Origin: a virus | IMG/VR virus record: IMGVR_UViG_3300032607_000379 | Location: 5,383-69,382 of that record | Reading direction: 5' to 3' (one strand) | DNA length: 64,000 nucleotides | Program-made: the position numbers and the translations under genes | The notes under the pieces: model-generated | The model's input: the letters and a program-made list of their open reading frames with translations, nothing else | What the model was told of the DNA's origin: nothing | Databases searched by the model: none | Part shown: in pieces, positions 26,161 through 39,500 of the stretch | How positions within the stretch are numbered: the first letter of the stretch is position 1 | Layout: the number at the start of each line of letters is the position of its first letter

Positions 26161-28380
26161 ATGGGAATCTTCAGCAGCAAAAAAGTCACTACGGTAAACA
26201 CATTTGTGTCCCGTGTTATGGATGACAACGGGATCCCCGATGCTGTGAAGAGTGGGGTAATGAAAGGCATTTTGCGCGATGAAAGCCTGAATGAAAACAT
26301 TCTGGAAGAGCTAGTTGGCAGCATTGCTGTACGTGCTGAGCGCATGTATACCTACGCGGAAAAGCACTACACGCATGGCTCTCCTTCAGGAGATGTGTAT
26401 TCGGACACACGCGGACGGGATGAAATGCAGACAGTCCTGAACCAATTAGAAGGCTCGCCAGTGTTCATGGCGTATTCCCATTTTGGTCCGATTAACAACC
26501 TGCATGTAGGCTGGATGCAGTTAGCTAGCGACTACGGCTATGACGCCAGCAGCAACCAGCTGGCTGTGTTGAGCGCTCAAAAAGGCGTGCCTGTTTACCT
26601 CAACGACATGGTGATGGTGCTTCCTCCTGTGGTGGCAGCAGGCTACGCACCCAATGCGTTTGAGCAGTGGGATACACCGCCCAATGCAGGCTACACGCCT
26701 GAGCGCTTGGCTTCCTCTGTTCTTACTAGTGCATTGGTTCAAGCCAGTGTGCCTGTGATTGACGCTTCCTTGTCTGAAGCCAAGCTTAGGGTTAGCTTTG
26801 TCTGGAAGACCGGAGCAGTGATCAACGAAGCCAGCCTGCTGCTCTCCCTTGGAGAGTACGACGATGACCCAGACGCGGACTACTACCAGGCTAAGTACAC
26901 AGTCAACGGGCAGACCAAGTACTGGGCATACCGTTACGGTGCTGGCCAGTATCCCGAGCTAGACAAAGTGTTCTCTTCTGAGTTTGAAGCGTCTGGCTCG
27001 TACTTTCCGTTTACGCACTTTCGCTATAACAAGCAGTCCACCAACGCAGACAAGACGAGTGATGCGTACAAAACTTCCAAGAAGATGGTGAAGTTTCTTG
27101 GGATGGACTTTGACGCAATGGCTGATGCGATCAATACCAATCCAGATATTGCCGATGTTCAGCAAGCCATGCTGACCATGGCTGTGCCTGCTGTCACCAG
27201 TAACGCTGTAGAAGCCAAGTACTTGTTCAAGTACTTTGAAAATTTGTACTTTGTATCCAGCAACCGTACAGGTTTAAGCGGCGTTAGTGGGGTAAGTGGG
27301 CTATTTGCACGGCTGTTTGACCGCGCTGCAGCCAACACGATTGTTATTCAAGACCGCCAGTTCAAGATGGCTTTGAGCCATAACGGCATTGCTAGGCGTA
27401 GACGCGTTGGTGTTGTAGCGCCTGTAGGCACTTGCACAGCAGCTTATGTAAGCGAGGTTGTGGAAATACCAGTCGATGACAGCACCGGGCTGTTGGAAGC
27501 GTTTCCTGACTGGTCTGCACCTAAGCACACGTATCGTTTTCAGGTCAGCAAAACCCTGTACGACGAAATCACAGTGTCTGGCTTGCGTATGGTTTATTAC
27601 GTGCTGGGTAACTACACCACGGTAGGAGATGAGCAGGACGCTATCTTGCTGATTCCCATTGACCGGGCTATTAGCTCAGACATGCAAATTACTGAGCGAG
27701 AGGAACTGTATTCCCGTTCATTGCACATTGTGTTTAACAGTGTGATTATTACCAAAGTTAAGTGGTATCAAACTGGTATTTTCAGAGTAGTAATGTTTAT
27801 TGTGGCTGTTGCCATGGCGTTTGTTGATGGCGGTGCTACTTTGGCAGCATACCTCTCAATTACTACTACACAAGCAATCATCTTAATGATTGTGATAAGT
27901 CAGGTTATTGCGCCAATTGTTTTGCCTGCATTGTTCAAGCTATTTGTAAAAGTGTTTGGCCAAGATATAGCTACCCTGATTGCCATTGCGGCAATTATTT
28001 ATGGCGGGTATGAGTTTATTACCTCGCCGGGTATGGCGGGCGCACCGTTTGCTCAAGTCATGCTAGAAGTGGCCACGGGACTACAGGGGGCCATCATGCA
28101 AGACAAGTTTTTAGATCTGGCAGAAGCACAGACTGATTACTTTGAATTCATGAAGGAACAAACTAAAACTCTGGACGCAGCTAATAAGTTACTGGAGACA
28201 ACAAGCTTCCTCAGTCCTTTTGTGATATTTGGGGAAACTCCAAATGACTTTTATAATCGGACCGTTCACTCCGGTAATGTCGGAGTATTAAGTATTAGCG
28301 CAATTTCCTCCTATGTGGATATCGCTCTCACTCTTCCGAAGTTAGACGAAACACTTGAAACAATAGGAGAAAAATCATGA
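26161..28380 (+). CDS. virion protein with C-terminal TM helices (N4 gp53-like)
   Basis: MGIFSSKK start; KVKWYQTG followed by hydrophobic helices. Confidence 0.85.
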   Translation: MGIFSSKKVTTVNTFVSRVMDDNGIPDAVKSGVMKGILRDESLNENILEELVGSIAVRAERMYTYAEKHYTHGSPSGDVYSDTRGRDEMQTVLNQLEGSPVFMAYSHFGPINNLHVGWMQLASDYGYDASSNQLAVLSAQKGVPVYLNDMVMVLPPVVAAGYAPNAFEQWDTPPNAGYTPERLASSVLTSALVQASVPVIDASLSEAKLRVSFVWKTGAVINEASLLLSLGEYDDDPDADYYQAKYTVNGQTKYWAYRYGAGQYPELDKVFSSEFEASGSYFPFTHFRYNKQSTNADKTSDAYKTSKKMVKFLGMDFDAMADAINTNPDIADVQQAMLTMAVPAVTSNAVEAKYLFKYFENLYFVSSNRTGLSGVSGVSGLFARLFDRAAANTIVIQDRQFKMALSHNGIARRRRVGVVAPVGTCTAAYVSEVVEIPVDDSTGLLEAFPDWSAPKHTYRFQVSKTLYDEITVSGLRMVYYVLGNYTTVGDEQDAILLIPIDRAISSDMQITEREELYSRSLHIVFNSVIITKVKWYQTGIFRVVMFIVAVAMAFVDGGATLAAYLSITTTQAIILMIVISQVIAPIVLPALFKLFVKVFGQDIATLIAIAAIIYGGYEFITSPGMAGAPFAQVMLEVATGLQGAIMQDKFLDLAEAQTDYFEFMKEQTKTLDAANKLLETTSFLSPFVIFGETPNDFYNRTVHSGNVGVLSISAISSYVDIALTLPKLDETLETIGEKS

Positions 28381-28946
28381 GTGCATACGATTCAATGTAC
28401 GGGTACATGCGGGGTTACGGCCCACAACCCGGCTACGCTGGCAATTACACAAACTACATGGACATGGCCAGCGATGCTTATGGCAGTTCAGGTATTCCAA
28501 ATGCAGGTGGCCAGATTCAGAATTCGCCTAACTTGCTTGGTTATGTGAACGGCGCAGACATGTCCAGCGATATGTTTACCAACGGCGGTGGCTTGCTTAA
28601 CGCAGGCGGGCTGGTGAATGGGCAGAGCTATGGCTTGCTGGACAAAATGGGTGACGGGCTAGGCTCATTATTTAAAGGTGCTATTGGAACAAGAGAAGCT
28701 CCTGGCTGGGGTGGCTTGGCAATGAGCGCTATTGGCGGTGCTGCCAATACCTTTATGGGCATGAAACAGTACGGCTTGGCCAAAGACATGTTTGAAGAAA
28801 ACAAACGGGTAAGCGCACAGAATTTTGCAGTGCAAGGTGGCCTGACAAACGCACGGCTAAATGATCGCCAAGTACGCCGCAACATTGAACGGCCTGACTC
28901 AATGGCAGCTGTAGATTACATGTCCAAGTATGGAGTAAAAGTATGA
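28377..28946 (+). CDS. ejection protein (N4 gp52-like)
   Basis: Gly-rich, Cys-free; two genes before vRNAP. Confidence 0.7.
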   Translation: MSAYDSMYGYMRGYGPQPGYAGNYTNYMDMASDAYGSSGIPNAGGQIQNSPNLLGYVNGADMSSDMFTNGGGLLNAGGLVNGQSYGLLDKMGDGLGSLFKGAIGTREAPGWGGLAMSAIGGAANTFMGMKQYGLAKDMFEENKRVSAQNFAVQGGLTNARLNDRQVRRNIERPDSMAAVDYMSKYGVKV

Positions 28947-30457
28947 GCATCCCTATTACTTGGCAAAACGTCAATGCTCCGTCTAACAATGACTCCATGC
29001 GTGGCATGGCTTTGGCGCAGCAAGGCATCACGGGCGGCTTTGATAAGTTTGCTTCACTGATTGCAGACCGTGAACAAGTCAATCAGAGTGTGGCTGACCG
29101 TGGCCGACAGGCCAGCCAGGAAGAGTATCTGAACCTTGTTCAGAGCTACAAGACGCCAGAAGATCTGCAAGCAGCCCGTATGTCTGGTGTGTTGGATCAA
29201 CGCTTGGCAGCACTGGATCCACGTAATCAGGCAGCAGTGCGTGGTGCAACTGAGTCACGTATCACTAGCTTGCAGCAGCAAGCGACAGCAGGCAATGCTT
29301 ATGCAGATTCTGCTGAGTTGCTTGCACAGCGTCCTGTTGAAGAGCAAATTAAAGCGTTACGTGCCAGCGGACAGTATGAAAAAGCAGATGAATTGGTTCC
29401 GCAGCTTACCCGCAATCGTGGCCAATTTTTGGAGGCTAACCGTACGGCGTCTCGTGCACGTAGTGCGGAAGCGCAAGTAGATAGGCTGTCTGCTATTAAC
29501 GATCCTTTGGCTGTTCGGGCTGCAGAATTTAAAACCCGTCAAACGCCAGAAATGGAACGTCAAGCTTTGTTGCAACAAGAGCTAACAGGCGTAGGTTTGG
29601 TAGATCAACAGCGCACTGCTAGAGAACAAGCTGAAGATCGTTTAATTACTAGCGTGACCACCGATACGGCAAGCGCTTTCCGAAGTGGAACGCGGGACAA
29701 CATGATTAAGTTAGGGGGTCTGGCAGCAATTCGGGGATACACCTTGGACGCGCTAGGTGCACCAGACATGAGCAAGCTTACGCCTGAGAACCGTCAGCAA
29801 CTAGATGCTGATGCTAAAAAAGCAGGCTTGCCTACGACAGATCAAGTTTTCTCGGGTAATACCAAGATGGCTAACTTGTTTTTGTCTGGATTAGAAAGCG
29901 ACACTCGTTTTACACCACAAGCATTGGCAAGAAATCGTGCAGCTGTCATTAAAGCATTTGACACCAGCACTGAGAACGCAGCTGTTGGTAACGATGCGTA
30001 TAACAGTCGCATGACTGCAGCTATCAGAGAGGTAACTGACAAAGAAGCGGATTCGTCTAATTGGTATGCACCTAATAGCCCAAATGCTATGAAAAACTAT
30101 GAAGAGCTGACCGCCATAACGGCTAAGCTTTTTACAGGTGAAGGCTTTAATACGGAAAACGACAAAGAAGATTTAGCAAACGTAAATGATTTCATCTTCA
30201 AAATGGCAACTCAGGGAATCCGCACCAAAGACGGCAAGATGGTGACGCCATCTAAACAGGATATTCTTGGGGCTATTAACTCCACGGAAGGCGGTTTTTG
30301 GCGCGATGACCAAAGAGCAAACAGAGCCAAAAAATATTTGCAAGATCGAATGGAAACTTCTGGCGTGATTGAGTCCATTCAATCAGGTGAGAAAAGTAGA
30401 GCAGGCAACCGTCAGCGAGCAGTAGCTGCCATCATGTCAGGCCAGCCGCAAAAATAA
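28943..30457 (+). CDS. ejection protein (N4 gp51-like)
   Basis: PITWQNV start; helical; directly before vRNAP. Confidence 0.75.
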   Translation: MSIPITWQNVNAPSNNDSMRGMALAQQGITGGFDKFASLIADREQVNQSVADRGRQASQEEYLNLVQSYKTPEDLQAARMSGVLDQRLAALDPRNQAAVRGATESRITSLQQQATAGNAYADSAELLAQRPVEEQIKALRASGQYEKADELVPQLTRNRGQFLEANRTASRARSAEAQVDRLSAINDPLAVRAAEFKTRQTPEMERQALLQQELTGVGLVDQQRTAREQAEDRLITSVTTDTASAFRSGTRDNMIKLGGLAAIRGYTLDALGAPDMSKLTPENRQQLDADAKKAGLPTTDQVFSGNTKMANLFLSGLESDTRFTPQALARNRAAVIKAFDTSTENAAVGNDAYNSRMTAAIREVTDKEADSSNWYAPNSPNAMKNYEELTAITAKLFTGEGFNTENDKEDLANVNDFIFKMATQGIRTKDGKMVTPSKQDILGAINSTEGGFWRDDQRANRAKKYLQDRMETSGVIESIQSGEKSRAGNRQRAVAAIMSGQPQK

Positions 30458-30479
30458 TAGAAACTTAACTCTATTTAAA

Positions 30480-30510
30480 AAGGGGGAGTAGTTAATACTG
30501 CTTCCCCTTT
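30480..30510 (+). terminator. hairpin/terminator between gp51-like gene and vRNAP
   Basis: AAGGGGGAGTAGT-taat-ACTGCTTCCCCTT, T tract. Confidence 0.6.
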
Positions 30511-30542
30511 ATCATTGGGTAATCTGATATTGAGGGCATTAC

Positions 30543-33500
30543 ATGGCAACAAGTTACGACGAATACTTTATTTCTTCTGATTTTTCTGCTGACCATTCCT
30601 TGGGGGCGCAGGAAAAATTTGCTGCCGTGCAAGAAGCTAGTAGTAGAAAGATACTGGAGCTGGAAAGAATTAAACAGCTACAACTGGCTCGTGAAAAAGA
30701 CGTAGCTAATTCTTTAGTAGGCCGCTATGGCTTGAGTCCTGATGACCTGTTGGGATCTGTTGTTAATCGCGGTGTTGCTACGCTTGCTGGTGTGGCTGAT
30801 GGCGCAGGAGCTATTGCTTCAGGTGCGGCCAGTGAACTGGCTCGCGCAAATCGCACCTTTGTAGATCTTCCAGTACAAGAAGCGTATCAAAGATACAAAG
30901 CAGGTATAGCAACTCCTGCAGACCTGAAAATAATCAACGCACCTGAAGCACGCGGCAGGCTTTTACAAGACGCTGATAACTTAGAACGTTTTTCTTCCAA
31001 GATTGACAAGCGCCGTGCAGAAATTGATGCTGAAGTTGCTCCCGACAGGAACGGAGTTAAGCCTGCTGGCTTAGGCCGTATGGTGGTCGATAGTGGGCTG
31101 AGCCTGGCTAACTCTGCTATCTCTGTACCAGAGTCTGTCGTTGGTTTAGCAAGCATCGTCTCTGGCGGTGCAGCAGGCAAGCTACTGGAAGACGCTGGTT
31201 TTCGCCCTGCTGAAGCCAAGGCGTTCCTTAACTCGCTCAAGTCTGCTGAAATGCAGGCGTCCACCCAAGCTGTTAACGGTGCAGAAGGCTTTTGGAACAC
31301 CTTGGACCAAGTGGCTGAGAATCCAAGCACCGTCCCTCAGCTGCTGTTGGAGTCGCTTTTCCCGATGCTGGCAGGTGGCGTAGCAGCCCGAGGACTGCAA
31401 GCACTGGGTGCTGGCGTCAAGCTGGCTACCGCAGCAGGCGAAGGCTTGACCATGGCTGGCTCTGCAGCCGAGCAGATCCGTGGGCAAACAGAAGACAAGC
31501 GCCTGAGCTTTAAACAGTCCCTGGCCGCTGGTACTACAGGCGTCATGGGCGCTGCTGTATCCCGCCTGAGTGGTGGCTTGGCTAACAAGGCTGGGCTTGG
31601 CGACATAGATGAAGCTATCGTCAAAGGTACGCTGGGCACATCACAGCGTGGCGTGTTGACACGTACCGCAGGAGCTACTGTGCTGGAAGGTGGAGAAGAA
31701 GCTCTGCAGTCCACGGGCGAAACCATGCTGCAGAACGCAGCGCTGGGTAAATCACTGACTGATGGCGTGGGCAACGCTGCTGCTTTAGGCATGGTCACGG
31801 GTGCTGTCATGGGCGCACCTATGGGGCTGGCCAAAGGAGTAGGCGAAGCCAAGCAGCGCTATCAGGACACGGCGGTCTTGCAAGACAGGGCTATTGCCAC
31901 AGGCAATGTCACTGCTCTGGCAGATCCCGCTGCTCGCACCTACGCACCAGAGCGAGCAATTGCTGCGCTTCAGGGCAATGCCCAGCTAGCGACCACTACT
32001 GATGAAACCAAACAAGCTCATTTGGTTAAAGCCAATGAGATTGAAGACGTACTGGTTCAAAAGCAAGAAGCGTTGGCAGCAGACTTTTCTACTAAAACGC
32101 TCAAAGGCGTACAAGCCGAAATCGCTAAAGTAATGAAGTTGGTAGCAAATACCGACCCGGCCAAGGTTGCAGACATAGCCGCTTTGAACGGTTACTTGGA
32201 CAATTTGCGGCTACAAATCCCTGCGCTGGAAACAGACAAGGCAGACGCCAAGCTTACCAAGACGCTGGAAAAAGAACTGGCGCAACTGGACTCCCAGATT
32301 GCAGGCGTGAAGAGCGCCAAGACGGAGCTTAATCAGTTTGTGCAGGCAGGCACTGGCGTTGAAGCCATGCTTGCAGGGCTAAGTACGCCAGCAGACCCTA
32401 CAGATCTCGTTGCAGTGGAAGCTTCAACAGTTGCTGCCACGCGCATTGTCAATTTGGCGATGGCTTCACCGCAGCTGCTTGATCCTGCCAAGGCAGAAGA
32501 GCTGGCTAACAATACTGCAAATGCGTTGACTGCGCCTCAACGGGAGTACTTGCGGGAGTTTTCCAAAGCACGGCAAGAACAAAACCTGCTGATGGATATG
32601 GACAAGACATCCCAGCAAATTTACCAAGGCGGTGGGGGCAACGTAGGCATCAAGGATTATCAAGAGCGCATGGCTCAGGCAATCAAAACGGGCAACATCA
32701 AGCAGGCACAAAAGCAGCTTGATGACCTGGCAGCTTTTGAAGAAGACCACCGCAGTAAAGGACAAGTGGCTGCTGCTGCGCTGGCTAAAGGGCTAGGCGT
32801 ACAAATTATCAAAGCCAACGGTCAATGGAAAATTGGTGATGGCTCGCTGACTGAAGCGCAGTTAACCGCTAATGGCGGACTGGCCATGAAGTCCCCTAAG
32901 CTTGTTGACAACATTCAGCAAGAAGCTGAAGCGCTGGCTTCGACACTGAGTTTTTTAACTCGTGCGTATGACATGAAGTTCAACCCAGCTGCTGCTGGTG
33001 CACCCCAATCAACTGGAGCTGCCAATGTCCCGAACGAATCACAACCAGGACAAGGAGCACAAGGTCAAGCTGAAGCCCCTCCAATACAAACCCCTGCGCC
33101 AACTGGAAGCCCAGCGCCCTCCCCTCAAGGAGTACCCGCAGCTACAGGAGCCGCTGGACCAGTACAAGCCACTAGGGTAATTAGCACAGCGCCTCGGGTG
33201 CAAGTAGGCACAAACGTATCTGGCTACAACAACACTAATGCACAAACAGATAGAGATCTTGCTGACAGGCTTGGGTTGACAGACAAAATTGAAGCGCTTT
33301 TTGCTCAAGGCAAGACAGTCAACGATGTCGATGCTGAACTAGGTGTGGCGCTTGACTTTTTGGACAAGTCCGACCGACGAGGTTTTGTAGGCCGTGTTCG
33401 CGCTACTTTGGGCATTCCTTCAAGAATGACGGCAGAAGGTGCAGCGGAATTCAAGGTGTGGGAGCAAGGTCGCAATAAGCGACTGCGCGAAGCTGCTGCT

Positions 33501-36500
33501 GCTGCCCCGGCCAGCGCTGTACTTGAGTCAACTGCAGTAGTAGCTGAGACAACTCCAGTAAATGAAGAGACTTCCGTCTCTTCTGTGAATACTAAAGTTA
33601 CTAAGTCTGCTGAGTTGACTGAGTCAGCTGAGAAGCCTGCAGCCACTACAGAGGAAAACCAGTCTAATTCAGAGAATAGCACAGCTGAGCTTGCTACTGA
33701 TGGATCTGGAACCCTTTTAGCAGTTCAACAAAAATCCCCGGAGGGGACACCCCACAATGAAAAGAAGCTAGGTGACTTTTTTACTCAGGCAATTGGCAAA
33801 GACACAGATGGCTCAAAACGCCCGTTAGTTGCTGTTAAAAACTTCATGTCTGCAGTAGCTGCAGGCACAGTAAAGATTGGGGAGTACGTCAAGAACCAGG
33901 ACTTGAACAAAGGTTCAAAATTGCTGGTGTGGGCTAAGTTTGTTGAGAAGACTGCAGAATGGTCGCCAATCATTGTTCGCAACCTCAAGATTTTTCCGTA
34001 CGAAAAATTTAACTACGCGGATCCAATCCGGTACTTGGTTCAGACAACTAGCGCAAATGGAAAAACCACAGCTGATGTTGAACAAAATATAAAGACAGCA
34101 ATGAGTGCTGCAGTGTTTGGATACATTGCAGATCAAGCAAGCCGAGCTGCAAAAAACGACAACAAAGCAATCAACAAAACTTTGGGTCATCGCCCTGACT
34201 CGCCTGTTAGTACAGATGCCATAGAAGCGTTGACAGACGTTGGCGTGTACATGTCTCAGGTGATTGATTCACTTGGTGCAGCTGTTATAGATGCTCTGGG
34301 GTTTAAGCTGGACAACAACGCTCCAAAAGACATGCTGGCCAAATTGCAAGTGTCTCTTGGCGCCCATACGTTGAAGCTGATGGAGGACCGGGGCTTACTG
34401 GTTCGGCATTCTTTGACAAACGGCGAAATAAACAGACTTCGTAATGAGGATCTTTTTGGGGAAAAGGAGCCTGAAAATGAAGCAGAGGAAACTGCATCGG
34501 TGACAGACAGAATACTTGGCCATCACTTTTTCCAGTTATCTCGTGACGAAGAAGGACAGCTTGTTGGGGAAGCCAAGGACATTGCAGATGCAAATAAAGG
34601 ATCTCAGAATCTGATTCAAAACTTGTTTGGAATCGAAACAGGACAAACTTTTCCAAGCCTTACCCCCATAAAAGGTGTTCAGAAAGAATCCGACACCGGG
34701 ATGGGCCTACCTGGCTTTATCAAGAAAGTGTTCAGGCTTAATCAGACCCGCCCATGGAAAGCAAACAAAGACCCCTTGAAGGTGCTAAGTTTCTTTTCAG
34801 AAGAAGAAGGCATGGAGATGGCTGGAGTTGATAACTCAACTGACCACACCCATCGTCGCAATCTAAAAAGCAAGCAAGCAAAGAACGATGGCTTAACGCG
34901 TGAGTTTAAAAACCTCATGGAATTTATAGGCGATCTGGCTACAAGTGTGAAAGGCATGGATCAGGAGTTTTTTCTGAGCCAAGTAATGTGGAAGCAGCAG
35001 CGTTCAGGCTACAAGACCAACACTGTAAATCCAAACACCAGCAAGATTGTTCGCTGGTTGATTGCTCCTGACAGCTGGAGCACCAAGATTACTTTGAGCA
35101 CTGAAAGCCAGCTCCAGTCTTTTATGTTGCGTGCTTCAGAAGGCTTCGGGATTAAGCCAGAAAAAGCTGACAGTCAAAAGTCTGTTGATGCTCTTGCTTC
35201 CTTGATGCAAACCCCTGCTATGCAAGAAGCTGTCAAAGCGCTGCAGATAGCTTTGTTTACCCAAGACGCATCGTTAAGTATTGAACAACAAGCAGCAATT
35301 AAAACATCAGTTAAAACAGGCGGACAAAAACTGCATACCTTGGCTTCGTTGATTGCGTACGCTCATTACCAGCAAGCGTTGGACACGAAAGCAGATACGT
35401 TTACAACTAACTTAATGGGAGAAGTTGATGGTGTGTCCAACGGCTCAATCCTCAATTCGATCATGTATGGGGCAGCGGCTACTGCAGAAGAGCTAAACAC
35501 GTTGCTTGAAAAAGGCGGCATTTACACGCTGGGTAGCAAATTCCGTCAGTACAACATCTGGCGCGGCACTCCTACTCATCAGGACATTTACGAATCCAAT
35601 GCTCAGGATTTGCATTCCTACGTAGACTCGATGCCTGCCAACACTCGTGATGTAACAGGCGCAATTTGGGCAACTGCAGGATCCCCAATTAATGCCGCAT
35701 TGGAAGCAACTAAAGATGGGCGGGACTTGCTCAAGGGGCCAATCAATCCGCTGAACTACGGCGGCGGCTTTAAAAGCATTATCGGAAAAATGGCGTACGA
35801 CTATGTCGATGTCATTTACGAAAAGATGGAAGGTCTTTCACGCAAAGGCGTTGATCAAAATACGGTCAATGAGTTTGTGCGCAATATCAATGTATTGTTA
35901 AATTCAGGGCAAGTACGTCAGATCCCGATTGGCAAACCTATTGCATATTACTTAGGCTATACGTTGTCAAAGGATCAAGAATTTGCACTGCGTAGCGCGT
36001 ACACAAGTACTATCGGCGCGGCTACAAAAGAAGTGGTAGGCACTAACTTCAAGCCATTTTTAGATAGAAGTAAGCTGGTAACGCAAACGGTTAACTTGAC
36101 TTATGGCTTGTATGAAGCAGTTTACAGCGCGTCTCGTTTGGCAATGATAAAAGAAATGGGCATCCCAATTTCAATGGGAGAACCAATTCATGATTTAAGC
36201 AAGGTACAAGAAGAAGAGCTTGCTGAACGGTTAAAAGACATTTTGCCTACGATGCACACAGCAATGTCTAAGGACGAGGGTAAAGTTGACAACGGCATTT
36301 TGTTGGCCAAGAAAAGCCGCAAGCAAAACAACACTGCACCGTACGCAGTTGAAGTTGGTTTTGGGTCGAAGTTGAAAAACAATGCCAGCCAGATTTCTGT
36401 TTCTGGTCGTTCAGTCACTCGGGATGAGCCTGGAGTGATTGCTATTTCTGGCACAACACACGCTTTAGACAGCGCTTTGTCCCATGAAGCACAGCTAGTT

Positions 36501-39500
36501 AATCATGTTGTAAACAATCATGACGCGGTGGGTGCAGGTATTAATACATTGGCTGAGTCAGCGGAGTCGCTGAACAAAAGCACTTGGACTAAGACACTCA
36601 ACTACTCCCCGCTAAATGAAGCGCACGATGCACTGATGCGGGTAGTTCAAGGCATAGTAGCTATGGATCAACGCGGTGAGTTGACACCGGAAATTAAAGC
36701 TGCAATTGAGGAAAAACTGATTGCTCTTTCTAAAAAGAAAAAAGGCAGCAAACCTGAATCAATTGTGGATGCAGCCGCATTGCAGATTTTTAGTGAAGCT
36801 CTGCAAGCCAACCGAATCAAATTTGGTTCCATGCTTCAATGGGCTGTTGTTGACCAGTACGCCATGGACGGCGGCAGCTATAAAGTGACTGACGAAAATC
36901 GCCAAGAAGCGCAGGACAAACTTAATGCACTAAGTCTTGTTCGCGCAGATGCTGATCTTCAGGCATTGGATGCTTTTGCACTAACGATGTTTGGTGCTAA
37001 AGCTACAAAAGCTGCGCCAGTTGCATCAACAACAGTCTCGCCTAAAAAAGCCACACTTACTAGTGTGTTTGGTCCACTGGGCACACCTAACATTGCTCCT
37101 GATGAAGACCTGGTTGCGTTCTTTAAAGCTAACCCGGAAGCTAGCGTTAAGCGTGTGATGGAAGGTTTGCTGCGAAAAGTTAGTACTGATGGCAGCATTC
37201 CAAATCCTAAGTTCCACAGCATGTTGGTTAGATCATTAGTCAAGCTGGTAGATCCAGAACTCAAGATCAAGTACATCACCAAAGATTCGCCTGGAGACTT
37301 GCCACTGAATGGCCCAGTCAAAGGGGCACGCGGATGGCTTGCTATTAACGGAAGCAAAAAGGAAATCTATGTGTTGAGTCCTGAGTTTGTTGACTCGGGC
37401 TTGACAACTGAGTTGTTGATTCATGAACTGGTTCACGCAGCGCTAAGCAGTATTTTGCAAAGCACGGATGCTGCAGTGCAACCGTTTATTGCAGAGCTAA
37501 ACACACTGCTGAATGCCGCTCAGTCTACGGTCAAGAACAGCGCAGCACTAACGCAAAAGTTTGGCAACGCAGTGCAAGACTTGGATGAGTTGATAGCTTG
37601 GGGCATGACTAACCAAGACTTTCAGACTGAAGTGTTGGCCAAGATCTCTATGCAGTCCACCACACTGGGCAAGTTAGTCAATGGTGTGCAAATCTTTGTA
37701 GCTAACTTGGCAAATCTGCTGGGCTTTACAGACGTAGCGTCTGCTAATGGGTTGGGTGTATTAATTGCCAACGTCTCAGCACTGTTTGCAGAAGTTGCTA
37801 AAACGCAACCTGTGACGCGCAAACAAGAACCACGCAACATGAGCATGGCTACGCAAAGTTCTGCTACACCTCCAGCATCTCCTTCACCACAAGCAGTGCT
37901 AAATACTTACAGCACGCAGGATCTGCATGATGCGCTGGACGATAAGAAGCTTTCTCCATTGTTCAGTACTCAGATAAGAAGCTTGCTGGGCAACATTGTT
38001 GAAAAGTTACACGGACCGTACGGCTCGTTTAAAGCTGGCTTGATGAAAGATCAGGCGTTGACCGCTGAAGATGTGTGGCAAAAAGCGCTCAACACAGGGG
38101 AAGCGCCCTTTGCTTCACAGATCCTTGGCTCTGGCTTTGCCCTGCCTGCCCAAAGTCTGTTTGCCATCGAGCAAGTAGAAGCCACGGTTCGTGCTGCATT
38201 AGGAGCCAAAGAGGCATACAGCACCAGCGCGTACAGAGTGCTGGACAAGCTGTACACCGAAGTCAGTGGCAAGATTAAGGTTGAAGCTTTTCACACAGGT
38301 TCCCCGTGGAGCCAAGCCACGCCTGCGGAGCAGGCGGCAGCGCAGGCTCTGCATGACTTTGTATTCAAGCTTGAATCAACCAACGGCAAGCGGTCTGATT
38401 ACCTGTCTCGCTTCGCTGCCATGGGCATGGCTCATGAGGGCTTTAACAAGCTGCTGCAGATGGCTACGGACACTAGCCGTAGTGCTGCTCAAGCCATGAG
38501 CTTTTTAGATCGCTTGCAAGCTATCTTTGTAGGTATCTTGGATTTCTTCCAGGCTAAGCTTACGCACACTTTCAAAGGCCAGCAAGCTGACGAAAAGCTG
38601 ACTGCGCTGGTTGGGCAGCTGGTAGACATCGAAGCCAAGCGTCGTTATGTGCTGGCAAACCCACGCGGTAACACGTTGACTGAAAACATAGAAGACCGTG
38701 CCAAAGCTGCAGCGGATGCGCTGCGCACCAAGATATCCAGCTTGGCTGGCGCTCCGGTGATTTCCCAGAACAACAACGCAGCGGTTCGGGCAGCAGGCGC
38801 ATTGGTTCAGACCTTTGCTGATAACCGGGTTGAACTTTTTATGGACAACCTGCGCACGATGCGCAACTCGGCGTTCAAAGGAAAGTTGGGAGTTATCGCT
38901 TCTACACTGGGCGAACTGCAGGGACCAGCTAAAGCCTTGCAGGCTTTGCTGCGGGTATCCAAGTGGATGGAAGGCAACCGTCAAGATCTGATTGTCAACA
39001 CAGCTAAGTTTGCTCTTGCTGGCTTTGCTAACCAAGGCAAGGACTTGAGCAAAGAAGCCAGCGCTGCTGTGTCCCAAGTGTTTCTGCGTACGGGCCTGCA
39101 TTACTTGATTGGCAAGTTCAGCATGGCTGAGATTGCTGGATTGGTGGACAACACTCCTGAGTTGGACAAAGCCATAGCAACGTATGAAGCCAAGCTCAGC
39201 AGCTTTGGTATAGCCCAGCACTACTTTATTAAGCAAGCTAACACGCTGGCTATAGCAATAGCTACGGGTGGTGTGCGGGGTTCACTGAAGATAGAAAATG
39301 CTCATAATATTGCTCGCCTGTACAAGACAGGTTATCAAAACAAGCTGAGCGTGGCACGCACGACTGAAGCCAGAGAAGCTATTGAAGTGCTGGTGGCGCT
39401 TTACGCTGTGGGCTACAGCGATAGTGCAGCACGGATTGAAGCGTCTAAAGTGCTGGCTATTGAAAACCGACGCACCGACAACAATGGCGTGGAGTCTGTG

